Shown: positions 19,772 through 30,903, numbered from the stretch's first letter. The stretch: DNA of 54,127 nt from Trichormus sp. ATA11-4-KO1 (GCA_019358915.1 JAHHIM010000030.1:1-54127), one strand, 5' to 3'. Numbers and translations: made by a program. The notes: generated from the letters alone by a model not told the origin.

Positions 19772-21268
19772 CTATCTGACTGAAAATGCTTCACTAAATC
19801 TCCGAGTTACAGGCTCAATAATGAAAGTCAAAATTGACTTCTTCCGAGTGACAATTTCACCATTAGCTGCCATTCCGGGAGTAAATGCAACTTCTTGTCC
19901 CCGCACATTCATGGAATGTTGACTCAACTGAATTCTGGTAGGAAAAACTAAACCCAATTCTTGATCAACAACTGCATTAGGACTAACTTGTACAACTTCA
20001 CCAGCAATAGTGCCAAATTCCTGGAAGGGGAAAGTTGCCATTTTCACCTTTGCTTTCATACCCTGACGAATAAAGCCAATATCGCGGTTGAGGACTTTGA
20101 CTTCTAACAACATCTCTTCTCCAGCCGGCAAAATTGACAGTAACTCTTCACCGGCTTGGACTGGGCCTTTGGTTGCTTTAATTTTGTAAATTGTCCCTGC
20201 TACTGGAGCCTTAATGGTTTCCCCTGCTTGCTGCTTTCTGGCCTGTTCTAATTGACCATTAATGTTAGTCAATTCTTCTTTACGCTGATTTATCTGGGTC
20301 AAAATTTCACTTTGGCGCTCAGACGTTAAACGCTGTGCTTGCTTAAGAACACCTTGATAGGCTTGTTCAGTTTGGCGGATTTCTTGGGTTTGGGCAGTAA
20401 TATCTCTTTCTAAGGAGGCTACTCTGTCTTGAGCCTCTGTTACTCGATTTTGAGCATTAATCACCTCATCTTTTGCCCTGGTGATGTCTGTGTTGGCTCG
20501 ATTTAATCTTTCTTGGGCTTCCAGGTAATCAAGTCTGGGTACTGCACCAGGACTGACAAGGGTGCGGAGATTTTCTTCTCGTTGTTGAGCGATCGCCATA
20601 TTGCTTTCAACTTTTTCGACGATGTTTTCGGCGTTGACTACATTTGTTTGGGCGTTAACGACACTGCTTTGAGCATTGACTAAATTTTCTTGTAACCGTT
20701 TGAGGCGGACTTTCGCCTGCTCAATAATTGCTAATTGGCGATTTGCTTCTGCTTCCGCCACAGCTTGACGAGCTTGGTAGTCTTTCAGCCGCGATGCCAA
20801 AAGTTCATCTTGCAGTTTTGTCCCAGCCGTTGTCGTACCGATGCGTTCTGCTTCTAAACGTTGCAAGTCTTCTTGAATCAACTTGGCAGATTGAGCTAGG
20901 CGGGTAACATCTGTTTGTTTCAAGTCTGGATCACGTTGAATTAGGACTTGATCCTTCGTGACGTGATCGCCTTCTTGGACATTCACTGCCAAAATTGAGC
21001 CACCACCCAAGGATGTTACCGGACGCACTTGTGTCGAGGCGATTAATTCCCCTGGGGCGATCGCGACTTCATCTATTTGAGAGAAATTTGCCCAGGCGAT
21101 CGCCCCAAATACTACTAAGCTCATCGTTCCCGCTAAAACTCTCGTATAAAGCGGTGGTAATTCCTGTACAGCTTTACCCACTTCATAAGATAGTTGGTCT
21201 TCTGGTTTAGCAAACTGCTGTTTTGTTTGACGTGCTTGAGCAGCATTGGCAACTAGGGAATATTTCAT
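19772..21268 (-). CDS. HlyD-family T1SS membrane fusion protein
   Basis: Single N-terminal TM, long coiled coil, IKAPVAG, DIGFI..G..FPFQEFG, PGMAANGEI. Confidence 0.93.
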   Translation of the reverse strand: MKYSLVANAAQARQTKQQFAKPEDQLSYEVGKAVQELPPLYTRVLAGTMSLVVFGAIAWANFSQIDEVAIAPGELIASTQVRPVTSLGGGSILAVNVQEGDHVTKDQVLIQRDPDLKQTDVTRLAQSAKLIQEDLQRLEAERIGTTTAGTKLQDELLASRLKDYQARQAVAEAEANRQLAIIEQAKVRLKRLQENLVNAQSSVVNAQTNVVNAENIVEKVESNMAIAQQREENLRTLVSPGAVPRLDYLEAQERLNRANTDITRAKDEVINAQNRVTEAQDRVASLERDITAQTQEIRQTEQAYQGVLKQAQRLTSERQSEILTQINQRKEELTNINGQLEQARKQQAGETIKAPVAGTIYKIKATKGPVQAGEELLSILPAGEEMLLEVKVLNRDIGFIRQGMKAKVKMATFPFQEFGTIAGEVVQVSPNAVVDQELGLVFPTRIQLSQHSMNVRGQEVAFTPGMAANGEIVTRKKSILTFIIEPVTRRFSEAFSVR

Positions 21269-21358
21269 AGTTTATTGGGGAGTGGGATAGGAGGATGGGG
21301 GGATGGGGGAACAAGGTGAGTATTTTTGTGCTTTTGCGCTTGTCCCCCACTCCCTAAT

Positions 21359-22252
21359 TCAAACTGCAAGATAGCGCCGTAAAAAACTTTCTAAGTTTTC
21401 CAATTGAAAATTGAAAATCCTCTCTAAGTTGGCTATTTCCTCTTTTCTACAGAAAAATTCATTGGACAGCAATGTTCTATAGGTTCCTAAAGCTTTTTGT
21501 AATTGGGGGTTAAATAAACCAAAGGCATTTCGTAACCCATCAACAACAAACAGTGGTGAATTAATTACTACTGGCTCTTTGTGGAAAATCTGACTAAAAA
21601 TCCGGGGAATATCCTCACGTAGTAAAATTTCCGGGCCCCCGACTGGTAAAATTTGGTTATGTGCGCCTGCAACTGTAACTGAGTCCACCACTATCCTCGC
21701 TAAATCATCTGTACTAACAACTGAACTCCGGTTTTTGGGATCACCAATGAGCAGATACAACCCTGTTTCGCGAAATCGTTCTGCTAGTGGCAGTAAGTTC
21801 GATGCTAGTCCAGATGGGCGTAAAATAGTGTAATTCAAGCCACTAGCTTCTAGATATTGCTCTACTGCTCTTTTGGCTTTAAATACGGGAGCATCTTCAT
21901 ATCCTCGCTCAGCACCAAGTACCGAAATGAAGACAAAGTGTTTGACTCCATGAGCTTTTGCTTGGTCAATGAGTTCAATATTGGCACGGTAGTCTAGGGA
22001 TAAGGCATCACTATCAGAACCGTGGGCACTAATAATATACTCGACACCCCAACAAGCTTTTTCAATATCCTTTTCCCGTCGCAAATCACCGATGAAAATA
22101 TCTGCTCCTCGGTGTTCTAACTCACCGTAACGCGAAGTCAGGCGGACAAATGCCCGCACCGACTTCTCCTGTTGGCGTAGGAGTCGCACGACTCGGCGGC
22201 CAATTCCTCCTGTTGCTCCAGTTACCAGAAACATATAATTAGGTAAAATCAA
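21359..22252 (-). CDS. Atypical SDR / NAD(P)-binding oxidoreductase (start probably at MFLVTG)
   Basis: LVTGATGGIG Rossmann motif, YTILRPS. Confidence 0.88.
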   Translation of the reverse strand: MILPNYMFLVTGATGGIGRRVVRLLRQQEKSVRAFVRLTSRYGELEHRGADIFIGDLRREKDIEKACWGVEYIISAHGSDSDALSLDYRANIELIDQAKAHGVKHFVFISVLGAERGYEDAPVFKAKRAVEQYLEASGLNYTILRPSGLASNLLPLAERFRETGLYLLIGDPKNRSSVVSTDDLARIVVDSVTVAGAHNQILPVGGPEILLREDIPRIFSQIFHKEPVVINSPLFVVDGLRNAFGLFNPQLQKALGTYRTLLSNEFFCRKEEIANLERIFNFQLENLESFLRRYLAV

Positions 22253-22374
22253 TACTCTCAGCTTCTAGTGTCTCTAAAATGCTCGTTTAATGCTAAGAGG
22301 CTGAGGAAACTCTAAAAATTAAATTACCCAATTTTTGCATCCATCCCCCCGCTCACTCAGCGATGGGTTTATTT

Positions 22375-25170
22375 TCATCCCTTAGCCAATTTCTCATTAC
22401 TGGCCTTTAATTTCGGATAAGCAATGCGTTTGTGGTGAAATTGCTGCCAAACATCGACAAAGATTTGGGCAATTTGTGACATTTCTTGCCGTGTCAGCCC
22501 TGAATCTACCATTTGGTTATCTTGCCATCTGGCACGGAGAATATTATTGAGCATTGTTAAGGCTTGTTCTGGGGTAGCGTCTTTGAGCGATCGCAGGGCG
22601 GCTTCACAGGAATCTGCTAACATGACTATTCCTGTTTCCCGTGATTGGGGAATTGGGCCATCGTAACGAAAATCTGCTTCATCTACTGTCAAGTTGGGAT
22701 CTTCCTGAGCCATTTGCTGTGCTTGGTGATAGAAATAAGCAATTAGCATTGTTCCTTGATGCTCAGGAATAAAAGCTTGAATAGCCGTAGGTAAAAGGTG
22801 TTTCCGCGCCATCACTAACCCTTCACTGACGTGCTTTTTGATAATCTCTGCACTCTTCCAAGGATCGTCAATCTCTGTTTCATGTTTATTCGGCCTCCCC
22901 ATTTGATTTTCAATAAAGCTGAGGGGGTCGTGCATTTTGCCGATATCGTGATATAGAGTGCCAGCCCTGACCAGTTCTACATTACATCCCAGTTTTTTAG
23001 CAGCAGCCTCGGCCAGGGTAGAAACAAACAGGGTATGCTGAAAGGTTCCCGGGGTTTCCGTCGCTAGTCGTTTTAATAAAGGGCGATTAGGATTCGCCAA
23101 TTCAGCTAATCTAATAGGTGTAACTAAATCAAATAATTTTTCCAAATAAGGACTTAAGCCTAAGGCGACAATACTCCAAGCTAAACCGGATAATGCAAAT
23201 AACCCAGCTCCTTGAAGTACGCTATACCAGCCGGCTCCAAATGCTGCACCAATGAGGAGCTTAATCATCAGGTACGTACCACCCTGAGTTAAGGCAATGG
23301 CAACACCCAATAATGCTAATTCTTCACGCGATCGCAACCTTTGCGCCATGCAGCTGCCCAAAATTCCTGCCGCCCCACCAGCCACAAGCGCAATTAGGCT
23401 AATTTCCATAGCCATGGGGAGAATGAGCAATAGCAGTCCCACAACTGTCACGCCCAAAGCAGGTGCGTAGAAGCTACCCAACAATAAACCCACGGCACTC
23501 CAAGTCGTATAAGGTATACCCAAAGTGAGGATTCCCGGGGTACTTAAGGTCAACAGCAGTACTAACAGGTAATCGCGTTGCCGCAATTTATACTGCATTC
23601 GCCTTTTCACTAAAACAAAAATGCCCACTGCACCCGACACAACACCAGAGAGTTGCAACAACCCCAACCAGTTATTCTCCCTGCGAATTAGTTGATAATG
23701 CTCCAAAACATCAAAGTGCCATTGAGTAATATTCTCTCCTTTGATCACAATCACTTCACCTTGCCGCACCTCCACCATCACAGGTGATACTCCATCTGAT
23801 GCCTTGATGATTCTTTGTCTAGTTTGTTCTTCATCTTTCTTCAGATTCGGCTGTAGTGAAGCGGTTAACAGTTTGGTTGCCAAAAATTCAGCATTTTTTG
23901 GCACAAATGTTTGCACTTGTAGGCTCACGGCATTTTGTAAAATGCTTGACGGCAATCCTGGGGGAATTCCTTGAGCCAAAATTCTCTCTGCACTCTGGCG
24001 AATTCCTGTTTTTGTTTGTGCCCACTCGTTATCTGATAGTTCCAGTAGAGTAGTGTCGTTATAAAGTTGTTTTAAGTTAGTAGACTCTCGCTGTAACAGT
24101 TGGAACTTGGCTTGGGAATATGCTTGGCGCACTTGGGAGATTTGGACAATGAGTGAGGACAAGTTTTGTTCTGAAGTCGTGAGCCGATAAGCTTTTAGTT
24201 CTGCTACTGCTTGATTAAAGTAAGTTGTTGGGGCAACATTAACGGGTTTTACTTCTAAAGGAGACAGATAAAGGGGCAGATTATTGGAGTTGAGGAGAGT
24301 AGAAAGCGATTGATGTGCTGGAATCAGCGAACCTGTGGATGATGGCAATAAAGGCAGATACTCTGAAGTGGGAAGTTTTTGGGCTACGCTACCTGGAAGC
24401 TTCATTTTGAGACTATTTCTGTATCTGCCAACTAAAAATCCTGATTTCTTTTGGCTAGTATTTTCTAAAGTTATGAGTAGCGCTTGCCATTCCGAGGCAG
24501 AAGCAGAGCGCAGATAATGCTGAACCGCAACCGACAAAACTGACGTGTCAAAAAAAGGAAAAGATCCGGCAGTAGTGCGGATTTCATTAGCCTCATCCAG
24601 AAGTTGCTGTAAATTTTTGTTGATTTTTTCCGTCTTTTGGATATCGACCATCAACACTGGTACGGAACTTCTACTTGCAGCTTGGCGCTGGGCTTCTGTT
24701 TCTTCTTTATCCTCAATGTTAGCAGTATAAGGCGCTCTCATCGTTTGTGGTGCGGGAGTCCCTACTGTCAGCTGGGGTTGATTATATAGTTTGTGCCCCA
24801 TAACTCCTGTGAGGGATACTACTGCGATCGCCAAAACAACGGAGGAACGCTTTTCATGCACCCAGCCTAGACATACTACATCAATCCCACGTTGAATTTT
24901 GACTGATTTTGTCATTGTTCTGAGCGCTATTTCTCGTTTTCGGTATTCGCTGTTGTCATTGGTTTTCAATAAATACAGGAGTAAATTATTGAGGATAGCA
25001 CTTTGGCGGTTGGTACTGTGTTGATTGCTCACTTCCCCAAGCAACTGTTTTCTACGGCGTCGTGCTTGGTATCGTCGTCGCCAGTAAGTGAGTTGCTTGC
25101 TCAAAGATTTAAAAAATCGCTGTGTTTTCATTACCTCTGGCTGCTGACTAGATAGCTCAAAACAAGACAA
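22375..25170 (-). CDS. 7TM-HD family phosphohydrolase, PgpH-like (putative c-di-AMP phosphodiesterase); start uncertain
   Basis: Extracytoplasmic domain + multiple TMs + PGTFQH, YHDIGK, EHQGT, YDGPIPQSRE, LADSCEAA. Confidence 0.88.
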   Translation of the reverse strand: MSCFELSSQQPEVMKTQRFFKSLSKQLTYWRRRYQARRRRKQLLGEVSNQHSTNRQSAILNNLLLYLLKTNDNSEYRKREIALRTMTKSVKIQRGIDVVCLGWVHEKRSSVVLAIAVVSLTGVMGHKLYNQPQLTVGTPAPQTMRAPYTANIEDKEETEAQRQAASRSSVPVLMVDIQKTEKINKNLQQLLDEANEIRTTAGSFPFFDTSVLSVAVQHYLRSASASEWQALLITLENTSQKKSGFLVGRYRNSLKMKLPGSVAQKLPTSEYLPLLPSSTGSLIPAHQSLSTLLNSNNLPLYLSPLEVKPVNVAPTTYFNQAVAELKAYRLTTSEQNLSSLIVQISQVRQAYSQAKFQLLQRESTNLKQLYNDTTLLELSDNEWAQTKTGIRQSAERILAQGIPPGLPSSILQNAVSLQVQTFVPKNAEFLATKLLTASLQPNLKKDEEQTRQRIIKASDGVSPVMVEVRQGEVIVIKGENITQWHFDVLEHYQLIRRENNWLGLLQLSGVVSGAVGIFVLVKRRMQYKLRQRDYLLVLLLTLSTPGILTLGIPYTTWSAVGLLLGSFYAPALGVTVVGLLLLILPMAMEISLIALVAGGAAGILGSCMAQRLRSREELALLGVAIALTQGGTYLMIKLLIGAAFGAGWYSVLQGAGLFALSGLAWSIVALGLSPYLEKLFDLVTPIRLAELANPNRPLLKRLATETPGTFQHTLFVSTLAEAAAKKLGCNVELVRAGTLYHDIGKMHDPLSFIENQMGRPNKHETEIDDPWKSAEIIKKHVSEGLVMARKHLLPTAIQAFIPEHQGTMLIAYFYHQAQQMAQEDPNLTVDEADFRYDGPIPQSRETGIVMLADSCEAALRSLKDATPEQALTMLNNILRARWQDNQMVDSGLTRQEMSQIAQIFVDVWQQFHHKRIAYPKLKASNEKLAKG

Positions 25171-25378
25171 TCCTCAGAGAAGTCCCAGAGGTGGCGGCGG
25201 ACGCGATGAGAACATCAGTGATGGGATATGGTTGAAGCCGATGGGCCACAATAGCTACCTACAGAGTAAGGTTATGTGTTCATAAGAAAATTGGTGAATA
25301 AAAAACAACTAAATTTTATAGTTGTTTGCTGGTAGTTGGTGTTTTGCGCCTAAAGTTTGAACAGCAACATAACAATTA

Positions 25379-26338
25379 TTAACGCGAACGGATGACGCGA
25401 GGAGCTGCAAAGACGCAAAGTTGAGCCGCCTGTTCGTCAGATATCACGCATCCTTTCTCTGGAAACTTCCCTGGATGTAGGGCAACATCATACACTCCTG
25501 ACCACACAGCAACAAGTGCATCAGCTAATTCTAGCATCTGGGAAAAATTTGCTAATTCCCCGACGGTTAAATTGGCTGAAGATAATAAAACTTGCCACTT
25601 AACAGGAATACCCACGGTACTGTTATAGGCTCCTGACAAAGCCCCAGTTATTGCACTTATAGTTTGTATCTGTAAAAACCCAGTTTCTTGTCGCCAGGCT
25701 TGTTTCTTGTGAGTAGAACGCGAAACCGCTAGCCGAAAGTCTTCCAAGGTGCTAAGAAAACAATAAAATGCCATAGCGACAGTATAAATCGACTCTTGTT
25801 CCCTACTTAGTTCGGCTTGCGCTGTTTCTAACCCAGCGCCTTGGTTTAATAACTCATCAACTTTTAATAATTGTTGTGGTAGGAGTGTGGGTGTTTCTCC
25901 GATAAAAGCGATTATTTCTGGGATGAGGGTTTGGGGTTGAAGTTGTTCTGTGAGGGATTGAGCGATCGCATACCCTACTGCTAGTGTGCCATCTCTGACC
26001 ATTGGGTCATACTCCCATATTTGCAACATATGCAGTAAGTTTTGGCGCAGTTTAATTGTATTTTCATGAAAAAAAAGAGCCACAGGTAGTGTGGCAATAA
26101 TAGCTTTTGGTGAGACTTTTTCAGTTATATCTAAATGAGGAGATTTTTGTTGATGACGCTCTAACCAGTTATCTAAATCTAATTTACCTAGATCGATTAA
26201 ACTTTTAGTACCCAAAACTGCTATTCTATTTACGTCAGAGCCAATTTGAGCGTGCTTGTCAGCATCCTTAGCTAACATTTCACCCAATAATGCCCCGACT
26301 AAAGTACCTCTAAACCGATTAATCAGTGAATAGCGCAT
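25379..26338 (-). CDS. ADP-ribosylglycohydrolase-fold protein with degenerate catalytic motifs
   Basis: RFRGTLVGALLGE N-terminus and AITGALSGAY..GIPVKW C-terminus; no TDD or GDTDT. Confidence 0.75.
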   Translation of the reverse strand: MRYSLINRFRGTLVGALLGEMLAKDADKHAQIGSDVNRIAVLGTKSLIDLGKLDLDNWLERHQQKSPHLDITEKVSPKAIIATLPVALFFHENTIKLRQNLLHMLQIWEYDPMVRDGTLAVGYAIAQSLTEQLQPQTLIPEIIAFIGETPTLLPQQLLKVDELLNQGAGLETAQAELSREQESIYTVAMAFYCFLSTLEDFRLAVSRSTHKKQAWRQETGFLQIQTISAITGALSGAYNSTVGIPVKWQVLLSSANLTVGELANFSQMLELADALVAVWSGVYDVALHPGKFPEKGCVISDEQAAQLCVFAAPRVIRSR

Positions 26339-26477
26339 ATCAAAAAAAATTAAAATTTTAAAAGAAATATTTTAACCCTTCCCAATCAGATGAAAAAAAT
26401 TTTCACCTCTTTTCTTAGCCTTATTTGCGTGTTTTGTGGTTAAATAAGTTACTTCTAAAACACAGAGACACAGAGGA

Positions 26478-26520
26478 GGACACTTGCGTGGGCGGGTTAC
26501 CCGACTTGAGCAAGGTGTCC
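26478..26520. repeat. Small dispersed repeat with terminal inverted repeats
   Basis: GGACACTTGC...GCAAGGTGTCC, embedded in a CACAGAGACACAGAG-type repeat. Confidence 0.65.
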
Positions 26521-26614
26521 GTAGCACCGAGAAGAAAAGATATTTAAAGATATTTTATGAGTCAACTTGAAAGGGTTAAAGAATTATTCTTGCACCTTTT
26601 TATCTTTAACTTTT

Positions 26615-27106
26615 TTAATTTTTTAAATGATGCACTAAAGCCTGTAAGCCCAGCAAATAACTTTGGACACCAAAACCGCTTATTTGTCCTATGGCTACGG
26701 GTGCTATATAAGAATGGTGGCGGAAGTCTTCCCGGCGATAAATGTTGCTTAAATGTACTTCTACCGTAGGTAAGTTAACACCAGCGATCGCATCGCGCAA
26801 AGCCACACTTGTATGAGTGTAAGCCCCTGGATTAATCAAAATTCCTTGATGCTTTCCTAATGCCTCATGAATAGCATCTATCAAAACTCCTTCATGGTTC
26901 GACTGCACGGGAATTATCTTTGCCTGAAACTTGAGGGCTTCTTCTGCTAGCCAGCGATTAATTTCAGCCAAACTTGAGGAACCATAAATTCCTGGTTCTC
27001 GCTGTCCTAGTAAATTTAGGTTTGGCCCGTGCAGCAGCAAAATGCTTAGAGGTGGCGATGACAAGTTCAATACCTTTAGGTTCTTAACGACGGCGCGATC
27101 GTTCAT
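26615..27106 (-). CDS. aroQ: Type II 3-dehydroquinate dehydratase (true start may be TTG near 27070)
   Basis: [46 protein letters not shown]. Confidence 0.96.
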   Translation of the reverse strand: MNDRAVVKNLKVLNLSSPPLSILLLHGPNLNLLGQREPGIYGSSSLAEINRWLAEEALKFQAKIIPVQSNHEGVLIDAIHEALGKHQGILINPGAYTHTSVALRDAIAGVNLPTVEVHLSNIYRREDFRHHSYIAPVAIGQISGFGVQSYLLGLQALVHHLKN

Positions 27107-27221
27107 TCACAGGAATCGGAATCAGTTCTGGTTCCGGTTCAGCTTCTGGCCCTAGTAGGGCTTCAATAAGCTTGCGTGCCAATTCTTTCAGCTTTTCTAG
27201 CACCTTTTCTATATAGTCCAT
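27084..27221 (-). CDS. 45-aa small protein [45 protein letters not shown] (not in ORF track)
   Basis: ATG at 27221 with AGGAG upstream, TAA at 27084-27086, amphipathic helix + [10 protein letters not shown] motif. Confidence 0.75.
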   Translation of the reverse strand: MDYIEKVLEKLKELARKLIEALLGPEAEPEPELIPIPVNERSRRR

Positions 27222-27517
27222 TGAACTGATCGCTCCTGAGATACTACCTCAATTTTTTTTTGACTAACAGCTACGCAGAATCAGCGCGCTTTTGCACCTC
27301 TGGTTTGTAGTTGGGCTGGATAAAAACTACCAAATTTTGGAAGTGAGTTATTTCTAAAATTTGGTGTTGTCATCTCCCTTGCTTTTTAGAGTATCACATT
27401 ACAAACCGACAAGACTGCTTCTGACTAAGGATTGGTATTGAGGATCAACACTCAAGAGTCCATAGCTAGCAAGTTTTACTACAACTATGGACTTTTGATT
27501 TTTGACGTTAACTAGCC

Positions 27518-30169
27518 TTAGCCTTCTGCATCATTTCTTTTAGCAACAGTCTTGGATGATTTAGCAGTTGACTTAGATCGAGAACTTGTTGATTTACTCG
27601 TTTTGCGAGTAGATTTCTTAGCCGATGCTTTGGTTGCTAATAATTGTAGCGCTGTAGATAGCGTTACATCTTCCACAGATTGACCTTCTGGAATACCCAC
27701 ATTAATTTTGCCGTGCTTGATATAGGGGCCGTAGGGGCCATCATAGATGTTCACTGGCGTATCGTCTTCGGGGTGCGCGCCTAGTTCGCGTAAGGCTGCT
27801 TTGGACTTGCTAGTGCTAGAGCCACGTCCCTTTTTCGGCTCAGATAATAACTCTAATGCCCGTTCTAGGGAAACTGTGAGTACATCATCACCAGCTTTGA
27901 GGGAGCGGTAATCTTTTCCTTCTTTACCTTGATCATGAACCACGTAAGGGCCAAAACGTCCCAAACTAGCTTGGATTTTACCACCTGTGACCGGATGCAC
28001 TCCTAATATCCGGGGTAAAGCCAAAAGACCCACAGCCATCTCCAAGGTGACATTTTCTGGTGTGACACCTTTGGGTAGTGAAGCTTGTTTGGGTTTGGGA
28101 TTTTCTTCGGTTTTGTCACCTAACTGCACGTAGGGACCGTAAGTGCCAATTTTCACATATATCGGTTCCCCTGTTTCCGGATGCCGACCTACTTGGTCAG
28201 GACCTGTGGTTTTTTGCCTGAGCAGTACTTCTACTTGTTTGGGATCGAGGTCAGCTGGTGTTAAGTCTTTGGGAATTGAAGCCGTAACTACAACACCATC
28301 ATTTTCGACTTCGATGTAAGGGCCATATTTGCCAATACGGACTTTGACATGTAAATTTTCTAATTCTACAGTTCTGGCTTTGCTGGCATCAATTTGATTT
28401 TCCTGCTCTTTAACTAAGGTTTCTAAACCTTTATCTCCTAGATAAAATTCCCGCAAGTAAGGTAACCACTTAGCTTCACCTGTGGCAATGTCATCTAGAG
28501 TTTGCTCCATTTTGGAGGTGAAACTAGGATCTACGACATCAGGAAAATGTTTTTCCAAAAGGTTGGTGACAGCAAAGGCGGTGAAGGTAGGAATTAAGGC
28601 ATTACTCACCAATTGGGCATAACCCTTATCGATAATTGTCCCGATGATGCTGGCGTAGGTACTGGGACGACCAATGCCTTCACTTTCTAGGGTTTTCACC
28701 AAAGTTGCTTCGGTGTACCTAGCTGGTGGTTGGGTTTCGTGACCTACTGCTTCTAGCTCGGTACAATCTGGATGATCCCCAACTTTTAGACTAGGCAAAA
28801 TAACTTCCTGGTCTTCCAGTGCTGCTTCAGGATCGTCGGAACCTTCGACATAAGCACGCAAAAATCCAGGGAAATCAATGCGCTTACCAGAAGAACGAAA
28901 GCCTGCATCTTCAACTTGTAACTGTACCGCAATTTGGGTTTGCCGACAGTCAGCCATTTGGCTAGCGACAGTACGTTTCCAAATCAAGTCATAAACAGCA
29001 AGTTCCCGACCGCTTAAACCAGTTTCTTGGGGAGTGCGGAAAGTGCTACCCGCAGGACGAATGGCTTCGTGGGCTTCTTGTGCGCCTTTAGATTTGGTGG
29101 TGTATTGCCGGGGTTGGGGGCTGAGGTAGTTTTTGCCGTAAAGTTGTTCTACACAACTACGAGCTGCTGCGATCGCCTGATCGGATAAATGTACCGAGTC
29201 TGTACGCATGTAGGTAATATACCCTTGCTCGTACAAATTTTGCGCAATTCGCATTGTGTCTCTAGCTGAGAGACGCAGTTTGCGGTTAGATTCTTGTTGC
29301 AGTGTCGAGGTGGTAAACGGTGGCGCGGGTTTACGCGTCACTGGACGTTCTTCGATGTCGGTAACGCTCCAGGTTTTCCCTGTCAGGCGTTCCTTGAGGT
29401 CTACTGCTTGGGCTTCGTTGAGCAATAAGACATTACGTCCTGCGGCAATTTGTCCGGTCGCTGGGTCAAAATCACTACCAGTGGCTATTTTAGTTCCTCC
29501 CAAGGTGATCAACTGGGCACCAAAGGCAGTTTTTTCCTGCACCAAGCTAGCTTTCAAATCCCAGTAAGTACCTTCATGGAAGGCGCGGCGTTGGCGTTCC
29601 TTTTTGACTAAAAGTCGCACAGCTACAGATTGCACTCGCCCAGCAGATAATCCCCAGGCGATTTTTTTCCACAGCAGGGGAGACAGGGTATAGCCAACTA
29701 ATCGATCTAAAATTCGCCGTGTTTCTTGGGCGCGAACTAACTGCTCGTCAATATTGCGGCAGTTCTTCAAAGCTTTTTTGATCGCGTCTTGGGTAATTTC
29801 GTGAAACACCATCCGCTTAGTCGGAACTTTTGGCTTCAGCAACTGGTACAGATGCCAACTAATGCTTTCACCTTCCCGGTCTTCGTCAGTTGCCAGAATC
29901 AGTTCATCTGCTTCTTTGAGGGCATCTTTGAGCTGGGTGACAACTTTCTTTTTGTCTTTGGGGACAACATACACCGGTTCAAAGTCGGCGTCTACATTTA
30001 CCCCCAGCTGTGCCCACCGTTCCGCTTTCACAGAGGCGGGAATTTCACTAGCCGATTGGGGTAGGTCACGGACATGACCCATAGACGCTTCCACCCGATA
30101 GTCTTTTGGCAGGTAGTTGCGAATGGTGCGAGCTTTGGTCGGAGATTCGACGATGACGAGAGTTGACAT
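27518..30169 (-). CDS. topA: DNA topoisomerase I (type IA) with Topo C-terminal repeats and basic tail
   Basis: [32 protein letters not shown] (catalytic Tyr), repeated GxYGPY. Confidence 0.98.
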   Translation of the reverse strand: MSTLVIVESPTKARTIRNYLPKDYRVEASMGHVRDLPQSASEIPASVKAERWAQLGVNVDADFEPVYVVPKDKKKVVTQLKDALKEADELILATDEDREGESISWHLYQLLKPKVPTKRMVFHEITQDAIKKALKNCRNIDEQLVRAQETRRILDRLVGYTLSPLLWKKIAWGLSAGRVQSVAVRLLVKKERQRRAFHEGTYWDLKASLVQEKTAFGAQLITLGGTKIATGSDFDPATGQIAAGRNVLLLNEAQAVDLKERLTGKTWSVTDIEERPVTRKPAPPFTTSTLQQESNRKLRLSARDTMRIAQNLYEQGYITYMRTDSVHLSDQAIAAARSCVEQLYGKNYLSPQPRQYTTKSKGAQEAHEAIRPAGSTFRTPQETGLSGRELAVYDLIWKRTVASQMADCRQTQIAVQLQVEDAGFRSSGKRIDFPGFLRAYVEGSDDPEAALEDQEVILPSLKVGDHPDCTELEAVGHETQPPARYTEATLVKTLESEGIGRPSTYASIIGTIIDKGYAQLVSNALIPTFTAFAVTNLLEKHFPDVVDPSFTSKMEQTLDDIATGEAKWLPYLREFYLGDKGLETLVKEQENQIDASKARTVELENLHVKVRIGKYGPYIEVENDGVVVTASIPKDLTPADLDPKQVEVLLRQKTTGPDQVGRHPETGEPIYVKIGTYGPYVQLGDKTEENPKPKQASLPKGVTPENVTLEMAVGLLALPRILGVHPVTGGKIQASLGRFGPYVVHDQGKEGKDYRSLKAGDDVLTVSLERALELLSEPKKGRGSSTSKSKAALRELGAHPEDDTPVNIYDGPYGPYIKHGKINVGIPEGQSVEDVTLSTALQLLATKASAKKSTRKTSKSTSSRSKSTAKSSKTVAKRNDAEG

Positions 30170-30478
30170 GGAAATTTCAAGAAAAAAAGTAGCTGCTAAG
30201 CTAAACAGTCAAATTGAGGTAATTTCGGTGAAATGTCAAGATAAAACGTCACGCTTAGGGCTGTGATTTAATCCTTACATAAACTGCCCACTAGGTTGAC
30301 AATACACTAAATTTATGGCGCAGCCTTTCCTAGCGGATAGGGTAGAGGAGTGCTAGGCATGAATTGCCAGCTATTTCAATCTTTAACTTATCTAGGGCAT
30401 GATTGGCGAATAGAGTTTTCAAAATACCCCTGAAGTTGAATATGGTGATACTTTACCTTAACTCCTTTAATTGAAACC

Positions 30479-30646
30479 GAAGGAAGGAGTTAGGAGGAAG
30501 AAGGATGAAGGATGAATTTGGGTGGGGATTCCGACTCCACCCAAATAAGTTCTGGCAAATCAAAGATTTGGCCGCTTTACCAATAAAGGCAGAGGGCAGT
30601 ATTCCTTCTGCCTCCTGCCCTCTGCCGAATGCCTCCTGCCTTCTTC
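30479..30646. repeat. Composite palindromic repeat element in the topA/rbp divergent spacer
   Basis: Purine-rich left arm, hairpin ATTTGGGTGGGG...CTCCACCCAAAT (30516-30546), pyrimidine-rich CTGCCT arm. Confidence 0.6.
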
Positions 30647-30816
30647 AACCAGTGGCATTTGCTGCATATACCTAACTCGATTTAATTGAACAATAAGCTA
30701 AAAAAATAATAAATATAGTCAAATTTGATGAATTATACCATAAATATGAAAAAAATAGGAAGATTTAAGCTTTTTCTAGATAAAAGTTATGTTAGGATAA
30801 TTTTGGAGAAGTTAAG

Positions 30817-30903
30817 TTCGGCGATACGAATCTTGTTTTTAGTAATAATTGCAAGCGGCTCTCCGGATGAACATCTCTGCATCAATGGATTCTGGAGAGT
30901 TTC
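30817..30903 (+). promoter_or_regulatory. rbp-type 5' UTR with a hairpin covering the Shine-Dalgarno sequence
   Basis: CTCTCCGGA (30859-30867) pairs with TCTGGAGAG (30891-30899), which contains GGAG; resembles known cyanobacterial rbp leaders. Confidence 0.6.

Noticed and set aside
12543..21268. Bacteriocin/RiPP cluster
   Set aside because: The C39 catalytic residues appear lost, and no precursor peptide or modification enzyme was found.
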